64,000 nucleotides of DNA from Bdellovibrionota bacterium (lineage in GTDB: Bacteria > Bdellovibrionota_B > Oligoflexia > Oligoflexales > JAWKNZ01). The stretch covers positions 219,629-283,628 of the forward strand of contig JAWKNZ010000006.1 of assembly GCA_041391425.1 (NCBI GenBank), given 5' to 3'. Both the position numbers and the translations under genes were made by a program. Shown here one piece after another: positions 49,087 to 58,874 of the stretch. The notes below the pieces were generated by a model. That model saw nothing but the letters and a program-made list of their open reading frames with translations. It searched no databases and had not been told where the DNA came from. Every line of letters begins with the position of its first letter. Position 1 is the stretch's first letter.

Positions 49087-50763
49087 TTATAGGCCTATTA
49101 TATCGCCCGCTATAGGATCAATATCGATTTTACGGAATGATGGGAGAGAGCCTGTACCAGGCATTAATTTAAGATCACCACAGACTGGAATGGCGATCCG
49201 TGCCCCATGGTGGAATATTAAGTTATTGACGTCTAATGTGAAAGGTTGGGGTAAGGCTCCAAGATGTGGGTTATGGGTTAGACTGTATGGGGTTTTTGCT
49301 GTGCATAAATTATAATCATCAATAGCAAAGTTGCAATTGGCTTGTAACTGACGTTCAGCTTGATCGCTGAAACATACTTTATTTGCTCCATATATTTTTT
49401 GGGCAATAACTAAAACTTTTTCTTTAATCCCTAGATTTGTTGGGTATAAATACTTAAATGGTTTTTCTTTTATTGTTTTGACTTCTTTGAGCACTGTTTC
49501 AGCTAACTCTAAAGCTCCCTCTGAACCATTGGTGAAGTGTCTCGACGCCACAGCTGTTGTGCTGTTTTCTTTACACAGCTTTTGAAGTAGAAGGATATCT
49601 TTATCTGAGTCATGTTCATGGATGTTGATGCAAACAATAGGGTTGATGTTTGAGAGTTTAATAATATTGATGTGGTGTAACAAGTTAGCAAAGCCAGATC
49701 TTATTTTGTGCTTTTCTTGGGATATATTACAGTTGGCATGTGCTTTTATAGTGTCTATCGTAGCAACAAGAACTACTGCTGATGGGTGCATATTTGCTTG
49801 TCGGCATTTTATGTTCCAGAATTTTTCGTATCCGATGTCTGCGCCAAATCCTGATTCAGTTATATGGTAGTCGCAGAGTGAAAGGCCTATCCGGTCGGCG
49901 ATTACTGATGACTGGCCAATGCTAATATTTGCAAAAGGCCCGCTATGAATTAAAATGGGATTGCCTTCAAGCGTTTGAACTAAGTTAGGCTTAAATGCAT
50001 TTATTAAAAGAGCTGACATTGCACCTGCAACATTGAGATCTTCAGTCGTTATCCACTTATTTTGATTAGTGCTTGTAGTGTTAGAGCTCTTAGCGATAAC
50101 CATTTGCCCGATTTTTTTGCGCAGGTCTTTTAAATCTTTAGAGAGTGTTAAAATAGACATCACTTCGCTTGCAGCAGTCATTACGAAATTAGACCTTAGT
50201 TTTAGCGTCGCATTTATTTCACTATCGATTTGACGCAATGATTGAGCACACAAGTCGATAGCCCAGTTTTGACTGAGGGATGACCAGTCGAGGGAAAGGC
50301 GCTTTAAACCTTTTTCTTGTAATTGTTCATTTGTATCATGCTTTTCATGAATATATCGTGCTGAAGCAGCGACCATAGCTAAGTTTTGGGCATGAGTTAC
50401 TCTGTCCATATCGCCGGTTAGCCCTAAGGTTAAGAGATCTCTTGGTAGACAACGGCTTTTTCCACCACCGATGCCTGATCCTTTCAAATTGAAGGTTGGC
50501 CCTAATGATGATTGTCGTATTGCTGCAGTCGTTTTCACATTCAATTTTGATAAAGCGTCTAACAATCCGATTGTAACCGTAGTTTTTCCCACACCTTTCA
50601 TGCTGGGAGTAATGGCAGTTACATTTATTAGATGACTCTTTGTTTTTTGTATTCGTCTGTCTGGCAAGGTCCCTATGTTTATCTTGGCTACGTGGTCTCC
50701 ATAGCATGTATAGTCTTGTTTCTCTAAACCGAGTTTGGATGCAATTTCATCGATAGGTAGCAT
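49087..50763 (-). CDS. fhs: formate--tetrahydrofolate ligase
   Basis: 558 aa, with ITPSMKGVGKTT (P-loop-like) and the typical FTHFS N-terminus PIDEIA.KLGL. Confidence 0.95.
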   Translation of the reverse strand: MLPIDEIASKLGLEKQDYTCYGDHVAKINIGTLPDRRIQKTKSHLINVTAITPSMKGVGKTTVTIGLLDALSKLNVKTTAAIRQSSLGPTFNLKGSGIGGGKSRCLPRDLLTLGLTGDMDRVTHAQNLAMVAASARYIHEKHDTNEQLQEKGLKRLSLDWSSLSQNWAIDLCAQSLRQIDSEINATLKLRSNFVMTAASEVMSILTLSKDLKDLRKKIGQMVIAKSSNTTSTNQNKWITTEDLNVAGAMSALLINAFKPNLVQTLEGNPILIHSGPFANISIGQSSVIADRIGLSLCDYHITESGFGADIGYEKFWNIKCRQANMHPSAVVLVATIDTIKAHANCNISQEKHKIRSGFANLLHHINIIKLSNINPIVCINIHEHDSDKDILLLQKLCKENSTTAVASRHFTNGSEGALELAETVLKEVKTIKEKPFKYLYPTNLGIKEKVLVIAQKIYGANKVCFSDQAERQLQANCNFAIDDYNLCTAKTPYSLTHNPHLGALPQPFTLDVNNLIFHHGARIAIPVCGDLKLMPGTGSLPSFRKIDIDPIAGDIIGL

Positions 50764-51037
50764 AAAAAATCTGTTTTCCTAAGAAAATAAGAGTCGTTAT
50801 CAATTAGAATTATAGCATATGTTCGTTGATAAGGCAGGGAATTGTTTGTATTAAGGATTTTGGTGATAATATTATACCGACGGCTTTTTGATTTTATTAG
50901 TACTGGTAAATTAAAGGCCTATTAGGTATAGCTTTTCATGTGGACTAAGACTAAGAAAGTTTGCTCTTAGATAGGGTATGCTAGTCTTGTTTCCATTAAT
51001 TTCTAATAGAGAGCAATGAAAATTGAAGGAGTTGGCT

Positions 51038-51745
51038 ATGATATTTTTTTCAAGGAAAATTCTATTTTTAAGGCTTGCTGCAGTTTTATGTTTTCATATT
51101 TTATTTTCTGTAAAGGCATATTCGCAAGGAGCGGGTCCTGGATGGATGATGCATAATTCTATCAATGGGCCTATGTGTGTGGAAGGGCCTATGGCATTGA
51201 TGTGGGATGATGAAGTGTCATTAGGTGTTGAAAAATTGAAAGATGGGATTGCAATTAAGTGGACCACAAAAAATGCGACGAAAGTTAAAGATCTGCACGA
51301 AATGGGTGATCACTTGAAAGAGTTGAAGTCTCAAGTTTCGAAAGATAAAAATGGGATTAAAAGTGGATTTAGAGATCATATGAATTTGAGAGGCACGCGT
51401 CGACAAGGGAAGTGGGGGATGATGCAGGGGATGCGCCATGGATTTATGATGGGTTGGTATGGTGACCCAATACCGTCGACTCCAGCTTCTATTAAGAAGG
51501 GGAAGGCGCTATATGAGGAAAGCTGTCAGTCTTGTCATGGAAAAGAAGGTAGGGGAGATGGACCGGAGGCAAAAGGGTTAGCGGTGGTACCTGCTGATCT
51601 TGCAAGCTTGACAAAACGTTTCCCAAAACATCATTTCTACATGCAAATCGCTTATGGGAGGGGAGAAATGCCAGCTTGGAAGGATACTTATAGCACAGAA
51701 GATATCTGGCATCTTACTAATTATATTAGAGCTTTTTCAAAATAA
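51038..51745 (+). CDS. periplasmic mono-haem cytochrome c with Met/His-rich N-terminal region
   Basis: AAGGAG lies 6 nt before the ATG at 51038. It has a signal peptide, CQSCH plus a distal GEMPAW, and Met-rich stretches GWMMHNS and WGMMQGMRHGFMMGW. Confidence 0.75.
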   Translation: MIFFSRKILFLRLAAVLCFHILFSVKAYSQGAGPGWMMHNSINGPMCVEGPMALMWDDEVSLGVEKLKDGIAIKWTTKNATKVKDLHEMGDHLKELKSQVSKDKNGIKSGFRDHMNLRGTRRQGKWGMMQGMRHGFMMGWYGDPIPSTPASIKKGKALYEESCQSCHGKEGRGDGPEAKGLAVVPADLASLTKRFPKHHFYMQIAYGRGEMPAWKDTYSTEDIWHLTNYIRAFSK

Positions 51746-51826
51746 ACAGAAAGTCTTTATAATTCTTATAGGGATGAGTTTCTCCTTTGGAGAGGAGTCT
51801 GATGGGGGTGTTCATTTGCAAAAATA

Positions 51827-51854
51827 AGCACCCTTTCTGAAAGTGCTTTTTTTT
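51827..51854 (+). terminator. weak rho-independent terminator candidate
   Basis: AGCAC...GTGCT is a 5-bp stem followed by a T8 run. Confidence 0.4.
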
Positions 51855-51965
51855 GATTGATTTAGAAATTCCGTCATCAAACAGCTTCTAAAGAAAAGTT
51901 ATGTTATCATATGAGCTGGATAAATGAACAGAATCTGGTGATCACCAATAGGGAAGTGTTTTTTG

Positions 51966-53453
51966 ATGATTGATCGTTTCAAGCTGACATGGATATTGAC
52001 ATTATTAGTCTTTTTTTTATTAATGTTAATTAGCAGTAACAATCCTTTGAAGGCAGAGCCTTGGTTGGGCACACGGTTTGCTCAAAATTGTGCGGGGTGT
52101 CATGCTCCGCAAAGGCTTAATACCCAGCCGCGCGATCGTCGATGTACTTTGTCATGTCAAGGATGCCATGTAAATCCTAACGGAGGGGGACTGCGTAGCT
52201 TTTATGGAAAGTGGAATGGCAACCACTGGTTGAAAAGCTACCGTTCGAGCATGCTTGGTCATAAGAAAAATTTTGCTCCTTTTAAGAAACAACGCTATGG
52301 AAAAAAGCCATATAAAAAGGGAGTGGTCTCAGAGTCAATCATTCGTAATAAAGGGCTGCCCCTTGTCGAGCAAGAAGCTCCTATGGATGAATCTCTTTAT
52401 GATAGGCGTTATGGACGTTCTAAAATTATCGTGACTGATCGTTCGGAATATTTATATAGTGTTCCTGAATCAGATCCTTGGCGCCAAATGGGGGAAACTA
52501 AATATAATGCAGGTGCTGACGCCAGGTGGTTTTTGTCATCGACATCTACTGATTCTAACGGTGCAAAGAAGAAAGATGATAACAAGAATTTTTTGATGAG
52601 TGTTGATTTTGGATTAGAGTACCGACCTGTATATCGAAAATTTCACTTAGTATATGAGAATCGCTTTTTTGGAGACCCGCGCTCATCAGGGTCGACTGAA
52701 AAGACTTTGGTGTTGGCACAAAATAATGCTACTCGCAGTCTTTATGCTTTAGTTGATGACTTGCCATGGAATATTTTTGTAATGGGAGGCTATTACCGTC
52801 CTCTTTTTGGTAATCAAGTCCCTGATCATGATGCTCTTGCTCAGCAAATGCAGTCGATTATAATGTCGGATAGTCCATTTGCGCAAAATCTCAGATATAG
52901 CGCTATTTCTATTGGTACGGCGCCTAATGTACCTTATTTGAACGTGCATGTTATCCAAAAGCGCTTGGGTAAGGAAAATGACAAAACTAGAGGGTTTGGT
53001 ACAAACGCGGGCCTTCGCTTTGTAACATTAGGTGGCTCACTGAACTATTCCTATTGGCGGACAAGAGATGATCAAGGAGACGAAGGAATTACTGAAACGG
53101 TTATGCATTCCATTGGTTTTGGAATGCAGATAAAACGGTTTACCTTATTTTATGAGGGTATTAGTATGACGCGCGATACTCCTAAAGATTTTAGAGAAGG
53201 TGGGGTGCATTCCGTAGATACTTATACTCGTGTTTGGCGAGAGCTTTATTTGCTTGCAAATTATTCTGTTGCTAACACTTCTGTCAGTGTTACCTCTGGA
53301 GTGGCAAGGCAGTATAAAACTGGAGTTCGAACTTTTTTATATCCGGGAGTTGATCTTTCATTGTTGTATGCATCTACCTTGAATGATGATTATTTAGCGG
53401 ATAGTAAAATTGAAAGGTCTGGAATTACGGGGCAGGTTCATATGTATTTTTAG
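51966..53453 (+). CDS. predicted outer-membrane beta-barrel protein with two N-terminal CXXCH haem-binding motifs
   Basis: N-terminal hydrophobic signal. CAGCH is at 52089-52103 and CQGCH at 52155-52169. About 420 aa follow with amphipathic-strand character, ending ...ITGQVHMYF. Confidence 0.6.
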   Translation: MIDRFKLTWILTLLVFFLLMLISSNNPLKAEPWLGTRFAQNCAGCHAPQRLNTQPRDRRCTLSCQGCHVNPNGGGLRSFYGKWNGNHWLKSYRSSMLGHKKNFAPFKKQRYGKKPYKKGVVSESIIRNKGLPLVEQEAPMDESLYDRRYGRSKIIVTDRSEYLYSVPESDPWRQMGETKYNAGADARWFLSSTSTDSNGAKKKDDNKNFLMSVDFGLEYRPVYRKFHLVYENRFFGDPRSSGSTEKTLVLAQNNATRSLYALVDDLPWNIFVMGGYYRPLFGNQVPDHDALAQQMQSIIMSDSPFAQNLRYSAISIGTAPNVPYLNVHVIQKRLGKENDKTRGFGTNAGLRFVTLGGSLNYSYWRTRDDQGDEGITETVMHSIGFGMQIKRFTLFYEGISMTRDTPKDFREGGVHSVDTYTRVWRELYLLANYSVANTSVSVTSGVARQYKTGVRTFLYPGVDLSLLYASTLNDDYLADSKIERSGITGQVHMYF

Positions 53454-53465
53454 TATGAGGCAGAT

Positions 53466-54243
53466 GTGGCAGCTAGTAAAATCTTACATAAAATAGAATC
53501 TTTGAGTATTCAGCCAGTTTCGTAGTTTGGGCGTTATGTCTTATTTTGTCGTAATGCTTTCAAGCAAATATATAGTCCCCCGTTAGCATGAGGTTACTTA
53601 TCCAGCAGATGGAGTTTGTTGGTCAACAGAAGCTTTTAATTATCGTTCTAGCTGCAATTATGATAGGTGCTGTCTTTGGCCTTCAGTTTGGCGAGATTTT
53701 TAGAATCTTTGGAGCGGAGTCTATGATAGGAGCCGCAGCAGCATATGCTTTGTCTAAAGAGTTAGCGCCTGTCGTTGGCTCTTTTCTTGTTACTGGACGG
53801 TCAGGATCGGCGATGGCAGCAGAAATTGCTACCATGCGCGTTAACGAACAGATTGATGCTAGAAGGTTATGTCGGTTGATCCCATTGGTTACTTGGCAGC
53901 TCCGCGAATCTTGGCATCTATTCTTATTATGCCATTGCTTGCAGGAGTCTTCACTTTTTTTGGAGTTCTTTCAGCATTTGTTGTTGGGGTTTTGGCCTAT
54001 GATGTCGATGTTGGCGTGTTTTTTGAAAAAATTAAATGGATTAGCCAACCTGAGCATATTGTTCAAGGGATAATTAAGGCTATGATTTTTGGCGCTATTT
54101 TTTCTTCCATAGGGTGTTTTAAAGGATTTACTGCTGCAGGAGGTGCTAAAGGGGTAGGGACAGCGACCACTAAAGCTGTTGTTATTTCTTTAGTGGCGAT
54201 ATTAATTTCTGATTTTTTTATCAGCTATATTCAGATGGATTGA
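53466..54243 (+). pseudogene. mlaE: MlaE-like ABC transporter permease remnant (one in-frame TAG plus two frameshifts)
   Basis: The MlaE-like sequence is spread over three frames. Frame 0 has ...SKILHKIESLSIQPVS-TAG(53523)-FGRYVLFCRNAFKQIYSPP. Then come MRLLIQQMEFVG...AAEIATMRVNEQIDA and MSVDPIGYLAAPRILA...KGVGTATTKAVV. Junctions are at the C5 run 53577-53581 and about 53858-53868. No mlaF or mlaD is adjacent. Confidence 0.75.
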
Positions 54244-54328
54244 ATGGAAACTTAATTTCTTAACGTGTTTATAAAATAAATGTATTCTGCTATAAGCTCC
54301 TCAATACCTTATTTAGGCTTAGAGGAGC

Positions 54329-55060
54329 TTAAACTTTATCTCCAACCGTTTGAATTATGAGCACGAGGAACAGATTGTTCCGATAAACTGCTTGTTTGAA
54401 CATATGACCGTCAGCAATAACTCCCTCACCCACCTTGAGTGTTACCATAATGGCATCCCCTTGCATCATTGAAGCAACTTGACTTGACGACGCGTCTGGT
54501 TGGCTATGTACTGGTGTATTATTGGCTGTTATGTACCTAACAACCCTCGAACCATCACCTTGCGGAACAATTGCTCCAGAGGTATTTGCAGGCACAGCGG
54601 TATTTGTAGGTACATTTGTTGCTGCGGTATTTGTAGGTACATTTGTTGCTGCGGTATCTGTACCATAGTTATATTGGCCGCTAGCATCTGCTTGTTGTAA
54701 ATTATTATTGTATAGGTTGCCTGTATTTCCATAGTCGCCGCCTTCAGTGGAGGGGTTAGCTTCTACTGCAGTATTGCCTTCACTGGCGGTATTGTCATTG
54801 TAATTATAATTGCCTTCTCCGTAATTTCCGGCGACTTCTTCGTTTTCTTCATCATCACCGTAGTTCTCACTTTGATTTCCTGCTTCTTGATAAGATTCTT
54901 CACCTTCTTCTTGTTCTTGACCGTCTTGCTCTAAGCTTTCATCATCTTGCTGAGAACTAGAGCATGCATGAGTTGTAAGAGCTAATGACAGAGTGAATCC
55001 TAATATACGTAGAATGTGGTTTAGGTTGTGATTGATCATATTGTTACCCTTTCTTTCCAT
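54329..55060 (-). CDS. lipoprotein with acidic/Asn-rich low-complexity region
   Basis: Lipobox LTTHAC. Has D/E/N/G/Y-rich repeats, and an internal 27-bp tandem duplication at 54599-54652. Confidence 0.55.
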   Translation of the reverse strand: MERKGNNMINHNLNHILRILGFTLSLALTTHACSSSQQDDESLEQDGQEQEEGEESYQEAGNQSENYGDDEENEEVAGNYGEGNYNYNDNTASEGNTAVEANPSTEGGDYGNTGNLYNNNLQQADASGQYNYGTDTAATNVPTNTAATNVPTNTAVPANTSGAIVPQGDGSRVVRYITANNTPVHSQPDASSSQVASMMQGDAIMVTLKVGEGVIADGHMFKQAVYRNNLFLVLIIQTVGDKV

Positions 55061-55571
55061 CGTTTACCAGTAGATGACCTCGATGCCTTTAACTTATTCC
55101 AAGTTCATGGAAGTCATACGACATAAAGGAATCAATTTGGATTACTGAGCTGTTCGGAGAGGGTTGCGAATACTTTAACGATATATTTTAACTTCTGCGC
55201 AAAAAAAATTGTTGATATCAAAATGTTATCTGATTTTTTTGCTAAATTTGTATTTATTTTTGATTTTGTAAAATATAATTTTATCACTTGTCATGTGTCT
55301 TATGTGTTCATTTTAACTTTTGCGACCCTCATTTACTTTACTTATAGATTGGGCTTAAATTTTCTAATAATTCCTTCTTTATTAATATAAGACATTATCG
55401 CTGATCTGACTTTAACTGGATTAGAAATAATACTGGATATTTAGGTTTTAAAAGAGAAGCAATAAAGTTATTAAAAATTTCATATCATTGATCTGCACTA
55501 ATTTCTTTATCTAGAGATTATTAAAAAATTGTAAGAGATGTCTGACTTCTATGCTGTTTTATAAAAATATC

Positions 55572-55690
55572 GTAACTATTCAGCGTATTTTTTATCTGAT
55601 CGATTCAAAGCCTTGACTGCCCGTCATCCTCATATAGATGACGATGTATCAAGCGACATATTGAAGGGAAAAGATACGCTGAATAGTTAC
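55572..55690. mobile_element. MITE family C, copy C3 (119 bp)
   Basis: Same TIRs as C1. The 8-bp TSD AAAATATC sits at 55564-55571 and 55691-55698. Confidence 0.85.
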
Positions 55691-55822
55691 AAAATATCTT
55701 ACTATCGGTATACTGTCGAGAACAAAGCCCTTCAGACAATTTTTGTGCTTGAAAGGTTTTGTTGGTTATATGACGGGTTTTTTCTTTATGCTTTGATTTC
55801 CTTCATAATAGGTACTATTTAG

Positions 55823-56434
55823 TTAGACTTTGTTTTGTGTTAGTGCTTCAACCCATAAGCGTGTGGCGTGATAACGATGGCTAATTTGGTTTTTTACTTC
55901 GTTGCCAAGTTCGGCCATAGTTTGGTGGTACCCATCGGGGATAAAGATTGGATCATAGCCAAATCCGTCCTTTCCTTTGGGGTGCAAGGCGATAGTGCCT
56001 TGGCAACGGCCTTCGAATACAGATCGAGTCCCATTTTCGGAAATAAACACTAAACAACAGACAAACGCCGCGCGACGATCTGGCTCTGAGATTTTAGCCA
56101 ATTCGTTTAATAACTTTATATTATTCTGTTCATCATCACCTTCAGTCCCTGCATAGCGGCTAGAAAAAATCCCAGGAGCATTATTTAGAGTGAATACCTC
56201 TAGGCCTGAATCGTCTGCAAGCACAGCTTCAGATGTAAATTTTCTTACTTCAATGGCTTTGATTAATGCGTTTTCGAAGAAGCTTTGACCGCTTTCTACC
56301 CATTGTATGTTGTTTGAGAGGGTAGATAACTTTTTGATTTTACAAATACTTCCAGCTAGTTGCTGCATTTCTGCTATTTTGTGCTGATTGTTGCTTGCAA
56401 GAAATACTGGCCTTGGTTTATCAATATAGGGCAT
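55823..56434 (-). CDS. rdgB: dITP/XTP pyrophosphatase (RdgB/HAM1 family)
   Basis: Motifs FLASNNQHK, DDSGLEV, GFGYDPIF and SHR. I prefer the ATG at 56432-56434 after a GAGGA. The ORF stays open up to a GTG at 56455. Confidence 0.85.
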   Translation of the reverse strand: MPYIDKPRPVFLASNNQHKIAEMQQLAGSICKIKKLSTLSNNIQWVESGQSFFENALIKAIEVRKFTSEAVLADDSGLEVFTLNNAPGIFSSRYAGTEGDDEQNNIKLLNELAKISEPDRRAAFVCCLVFISENGTRSVFEGRCQGTIALHPKGKDGFGYDPIFIPDGYHQTMAELGNEVKNQISHRYHATRLWVEALTQNKV

Positions 56435-56576
56435 TGTGTTTCCTCTAGTTTTCACGTGTTAGGTCTATGCTTTATGAAAATATATGAAATGCATCGATAA
56501 GACACTCGCATATTAGGTAAAAGGAACGCTGCGATAGAGCACTGTTTAACACAAAAAAATAAAGAAAGTAATCGAT

Positions 56577-56801
56577 ATGAGTCCAGAGGAGATTAGGGAA
56601 AAATTATTAATATCGTTTCCAGATGCAGAAGTTAATGCGCGTGATTTGACTGGTGGTGGTGATCATTGGCAGGTGGATATCCGCTCTGGCGCATTTGCTG
56701 GAAAGAGCCTTGTTGAGCAACATCAATTGGTGTATGCAGCATTGGGCGATTGGATGAAAGAAAAAATCCATGCCCTTGCTTTGAATACTTCAGAAATTTA
56801 A
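56577..56801 (+). CDS. BolA-family protein
   Basis: 74 aa, with ...GGGDHWQVDIRSGAFAGKSLVEQHQLVYAALGDWMKEKIHALAL.T pattern. Confidence 0.8.
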   Translation: MSPEEIREKLLISFPDAEVNARDLTGGGDHWQVDIRSGAFAGKSLVEQHQLVYAALGDWMKEKIHALALNTSEI

Positions 56802-56815
56802 TAATATTTTTTATC

Positions 56816-58666
56816 TTATTTTTCTTTAAGCCGGCTGAGCCTGTAATCATAGGCTGAGTTCATTGCGAACATATTGTCTATTCCTAGATACCGTCCGTTT
56901 AGAGTAAAATTGTGAATCTCTAAAGCGGCTCGAATTCCTGAAAAGTGTGCCCCATGCACACTAGCGGGCTGTGAGTTTAGAGCTACAGCTTCGCCGGCCC
57001 AAAATAAATTAGGTGAAACAGTTGGATCTGAAAGAATTTTTCTTGCGTATTGGACAGGAACTGATTCGCTATCGTGGACGGCTAGATAAGAGTTTCCGCC
57101 TTTTGCCCAGGGGTCTTTCATCCATTCTGTTCTTTGAATCATATAGCTATCTCTATTTGTGGGTTTCTTTTTTTTGCGTAGAAACTTTAACGTCCCTTGT
57201 GCTTCTGGAAACATGCGATCTAGGTCGCTGCAGATAGCTTCCATTACAGTGTCATTATCCCAAATGCTGATAGTTTCTGCATCTTCTGCCATGATTAATG
57301 CGGTAAGGACAGCAGGTTTTGACGGATCATTACCAAAGACATGAAAATATGATTTACCAGCTTTTCTCGGTATCCCAGTTGTTTTGGCAGCTTTACCGTT
57401 CATATTAAAATGCATTAAATCTTTCGCAGATGCCTGTGGGATATGTGCCATGCTCATATCTTTGGGCCAAAATTTTTTATCGAATACCATTTGGATCTTA
57501 GTGTGGTGTCCTGCTTTAATTGTTTTTAATGCTTCAAGCTTACGTTCGTGTAATGGAGGTGAAAATTCAACACTTCCGCTATTAAGCATGCCTACCGCAA
57601 ATGTGCAAATGGCGGTTTTTGCTCTAAATTGTTTGTGAGATCCATTATCGTCGACGGCATCGATAATAACGCCTTCCCCTGCTTTTTGTCCGTATGTGAT
57701 TTTTTCAATTTTGTGGCTTAACATAATATTGAGGTTTTCTGCCATGCGATCACATAATGATCCATAACCACCTGTTAGATACCATTCATGCCTTTCTTTT
57801 AATTGTTTGCTTAAATAGTCTGCAGCAAATCCATGGATACTTATTTCATTTAAGGGTCCGGGCATGTGACCTGTAAGAGTCATGGCTACAAAGTCTCGTC
57901 CTAATTCGTCATCCATATATTTTTCTTTGATCCATTGTTCTGCGCTTAGATCTTTTTTATGTGTTTGTAATGAATTGTCTATTAGAGGAAACATTTTGGC
58001 GGCGCTTATGATATTCCACTGGAGGGCAGCCTCTAACGAAGACATTTTTTTTGCCTTGGAGTGATGAAAAATAAGACCTTTTCCAAGTTTTTCAATTTCG
58101 ACCCAATTAAGCTTATAACGTTCAATTTCTGCCCATATAGGGGTTTCGTAAGAAAATTCTTTATTGGTGAATAGCTTTTCGAAATTGAATGGTAAATCAA
58201 GCGGTGGTTTTCTGTGGACGAATTCCGCTCCAAGCTCAATGGGCCAGTTTTCTCCAGGAAAAAAATCTCTTTTAGTATGTATGCGACCTCCAATTCTATT
58301 ATTTCCTTCGATGACGATGACACTTTGTGGACGATAATTAATTTTCTTTTTACCATTAAAAAAAGTTGTACTCAAAAAATCTGGTCTAGATAAGTATTGG
58401 GCTGCAGTCAACCCGGCAATACCGGCTCCAAGTACTAAGACGTCAGCTTCATAAATGTTATTTTTCGATGATGTGGATTGAGGCTTATTTTTTGTTATCG
58501 GGCTTGTCTGACAGCTGCTTAGCAACTTATTGCCAAGTATTCCAGTTGCAGCAATTGTTGTTCCATATTGGAGAGAGCTTTTAATAAACTCTCTGCGTTT
58601 TTGTACCGGTGAAGTGCTAATTTTGTCTGCTTGTGGGAGTGTTACCTGCGTCTTTTTTTTGTCCAT
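56816..58666 (-). CDS. FAD-dependent amine oxidase, Tat-exported
   Basis: Twin-arginine-like KRREFIKSS plus a hydrophobic stretch. The dinucleotide fold is VLVLGAGIAGLTAA. The C-terminal WAGEA...HGA is typical of flavin amine oxidases. Confidence 0.8.
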   Translation of the reverse strand: MDKKKTQVTLPQADKISTSPVQKRREFIKSSLQYGTTIAATGILGNKLLSSCQTSPITKNKPQSTSSKNNIYEADVLVLGAGIAGLTAAQYLSRPDFLSTTFFNGKKKINYRPQSVIVIEGNNRIGGRIHTKRDFFPGENWPIELGAEFVHRKPPLDLPFNFEKLFTNKEFSYETPIWAEIERYKLNWVEIEKLGKGLIFHHSKAKKMSSLEAALQWNIISAAKMFPLIDNSLQTHKKDLSAEQWIKEKYMDDELGRDFVAMTLTGHMPGPLNEISIHGFAADYLSKQLKERHEWYLTGGYGSLCDRMAENLNIMLSHKIEKITYGQKAGEGVIIDAVDDNGSHKQFRAKTAICTFAVGMLNSGSVEFSPPLHERKLEALKTIKAGHHTKIQMVFDKKFWPKDMSMAHIPQASAKDLMHFNMNGKAAKTTGIPRKAGKSYFHVFGNDPSKPAVLTALIMAEDAETISIWDNDTVMEAICSDLDRMFPEAQGTLKFLRKKKKPTNRDSYMIQRTEWMKDPWAKGGNSYLAVHDSESVPVQYARKILSDPTVSPNLFWAGEAVALNSQPASVHGAHFSGIRAALEIHNFTLNGRYLGIDNMFAMNSAYDYRLSRLKEK

Positions 58667-58748
58667 TGTTTCTCCAAAAGATTTCGTTTGCTGAATAACT
58701 ATATTCTATGACATAGATTTATATAAATCAGTTTTATATAAAAATAAG

Positions 58749-58874
58749 GTAACTATTCAGCGTATCTCTTCCCTTCAATATGTCGCTTGACTGCCCGTCA
58801 TCCTTCGCTTCACTCAGGATGACGGGCAGTCAAGGCTTTGAATCGATCAGATAAAAAATACGCTGAATAGTTGC
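58749..58874. mobile_element. MITE family C, copy C4 (126 bp)
   Basis: TIRs as in C1, with one mismatch. The 8-bp TSD AAAATAAG sits at 58741-58748 and 58875-58882. Confidence 0.85.

Noticed and set aside
50764-51022. ZTP/THF-type riboswitch upstream of fhs
   Set aside because: I read the minus-strand leader and found no CCGCCTGGGCA-like ZTP pseudoknot element or other recognisable riboswitch core.
48227-53526. Genome-wide reassignment of TAG (for example to an amino acid) as an explanation for the in-frame TAGs at 48227, 48236 and 53523
   Set aside because: TAG is used as the normal stop of tpiA (5727), pgk (6591) and the pyk C-terminal ORF (465), whose protein ends fit family expectations. 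Global recoding is therefore unlikely. Local read-through or nonsense mutations remain possible.
55613-55822. 69-aa ORF on the plus strand
   Set aside because: It starts inside MITE C3 (TTG within the repeat) and has no SD or recognisable motif. It is probably spurious.
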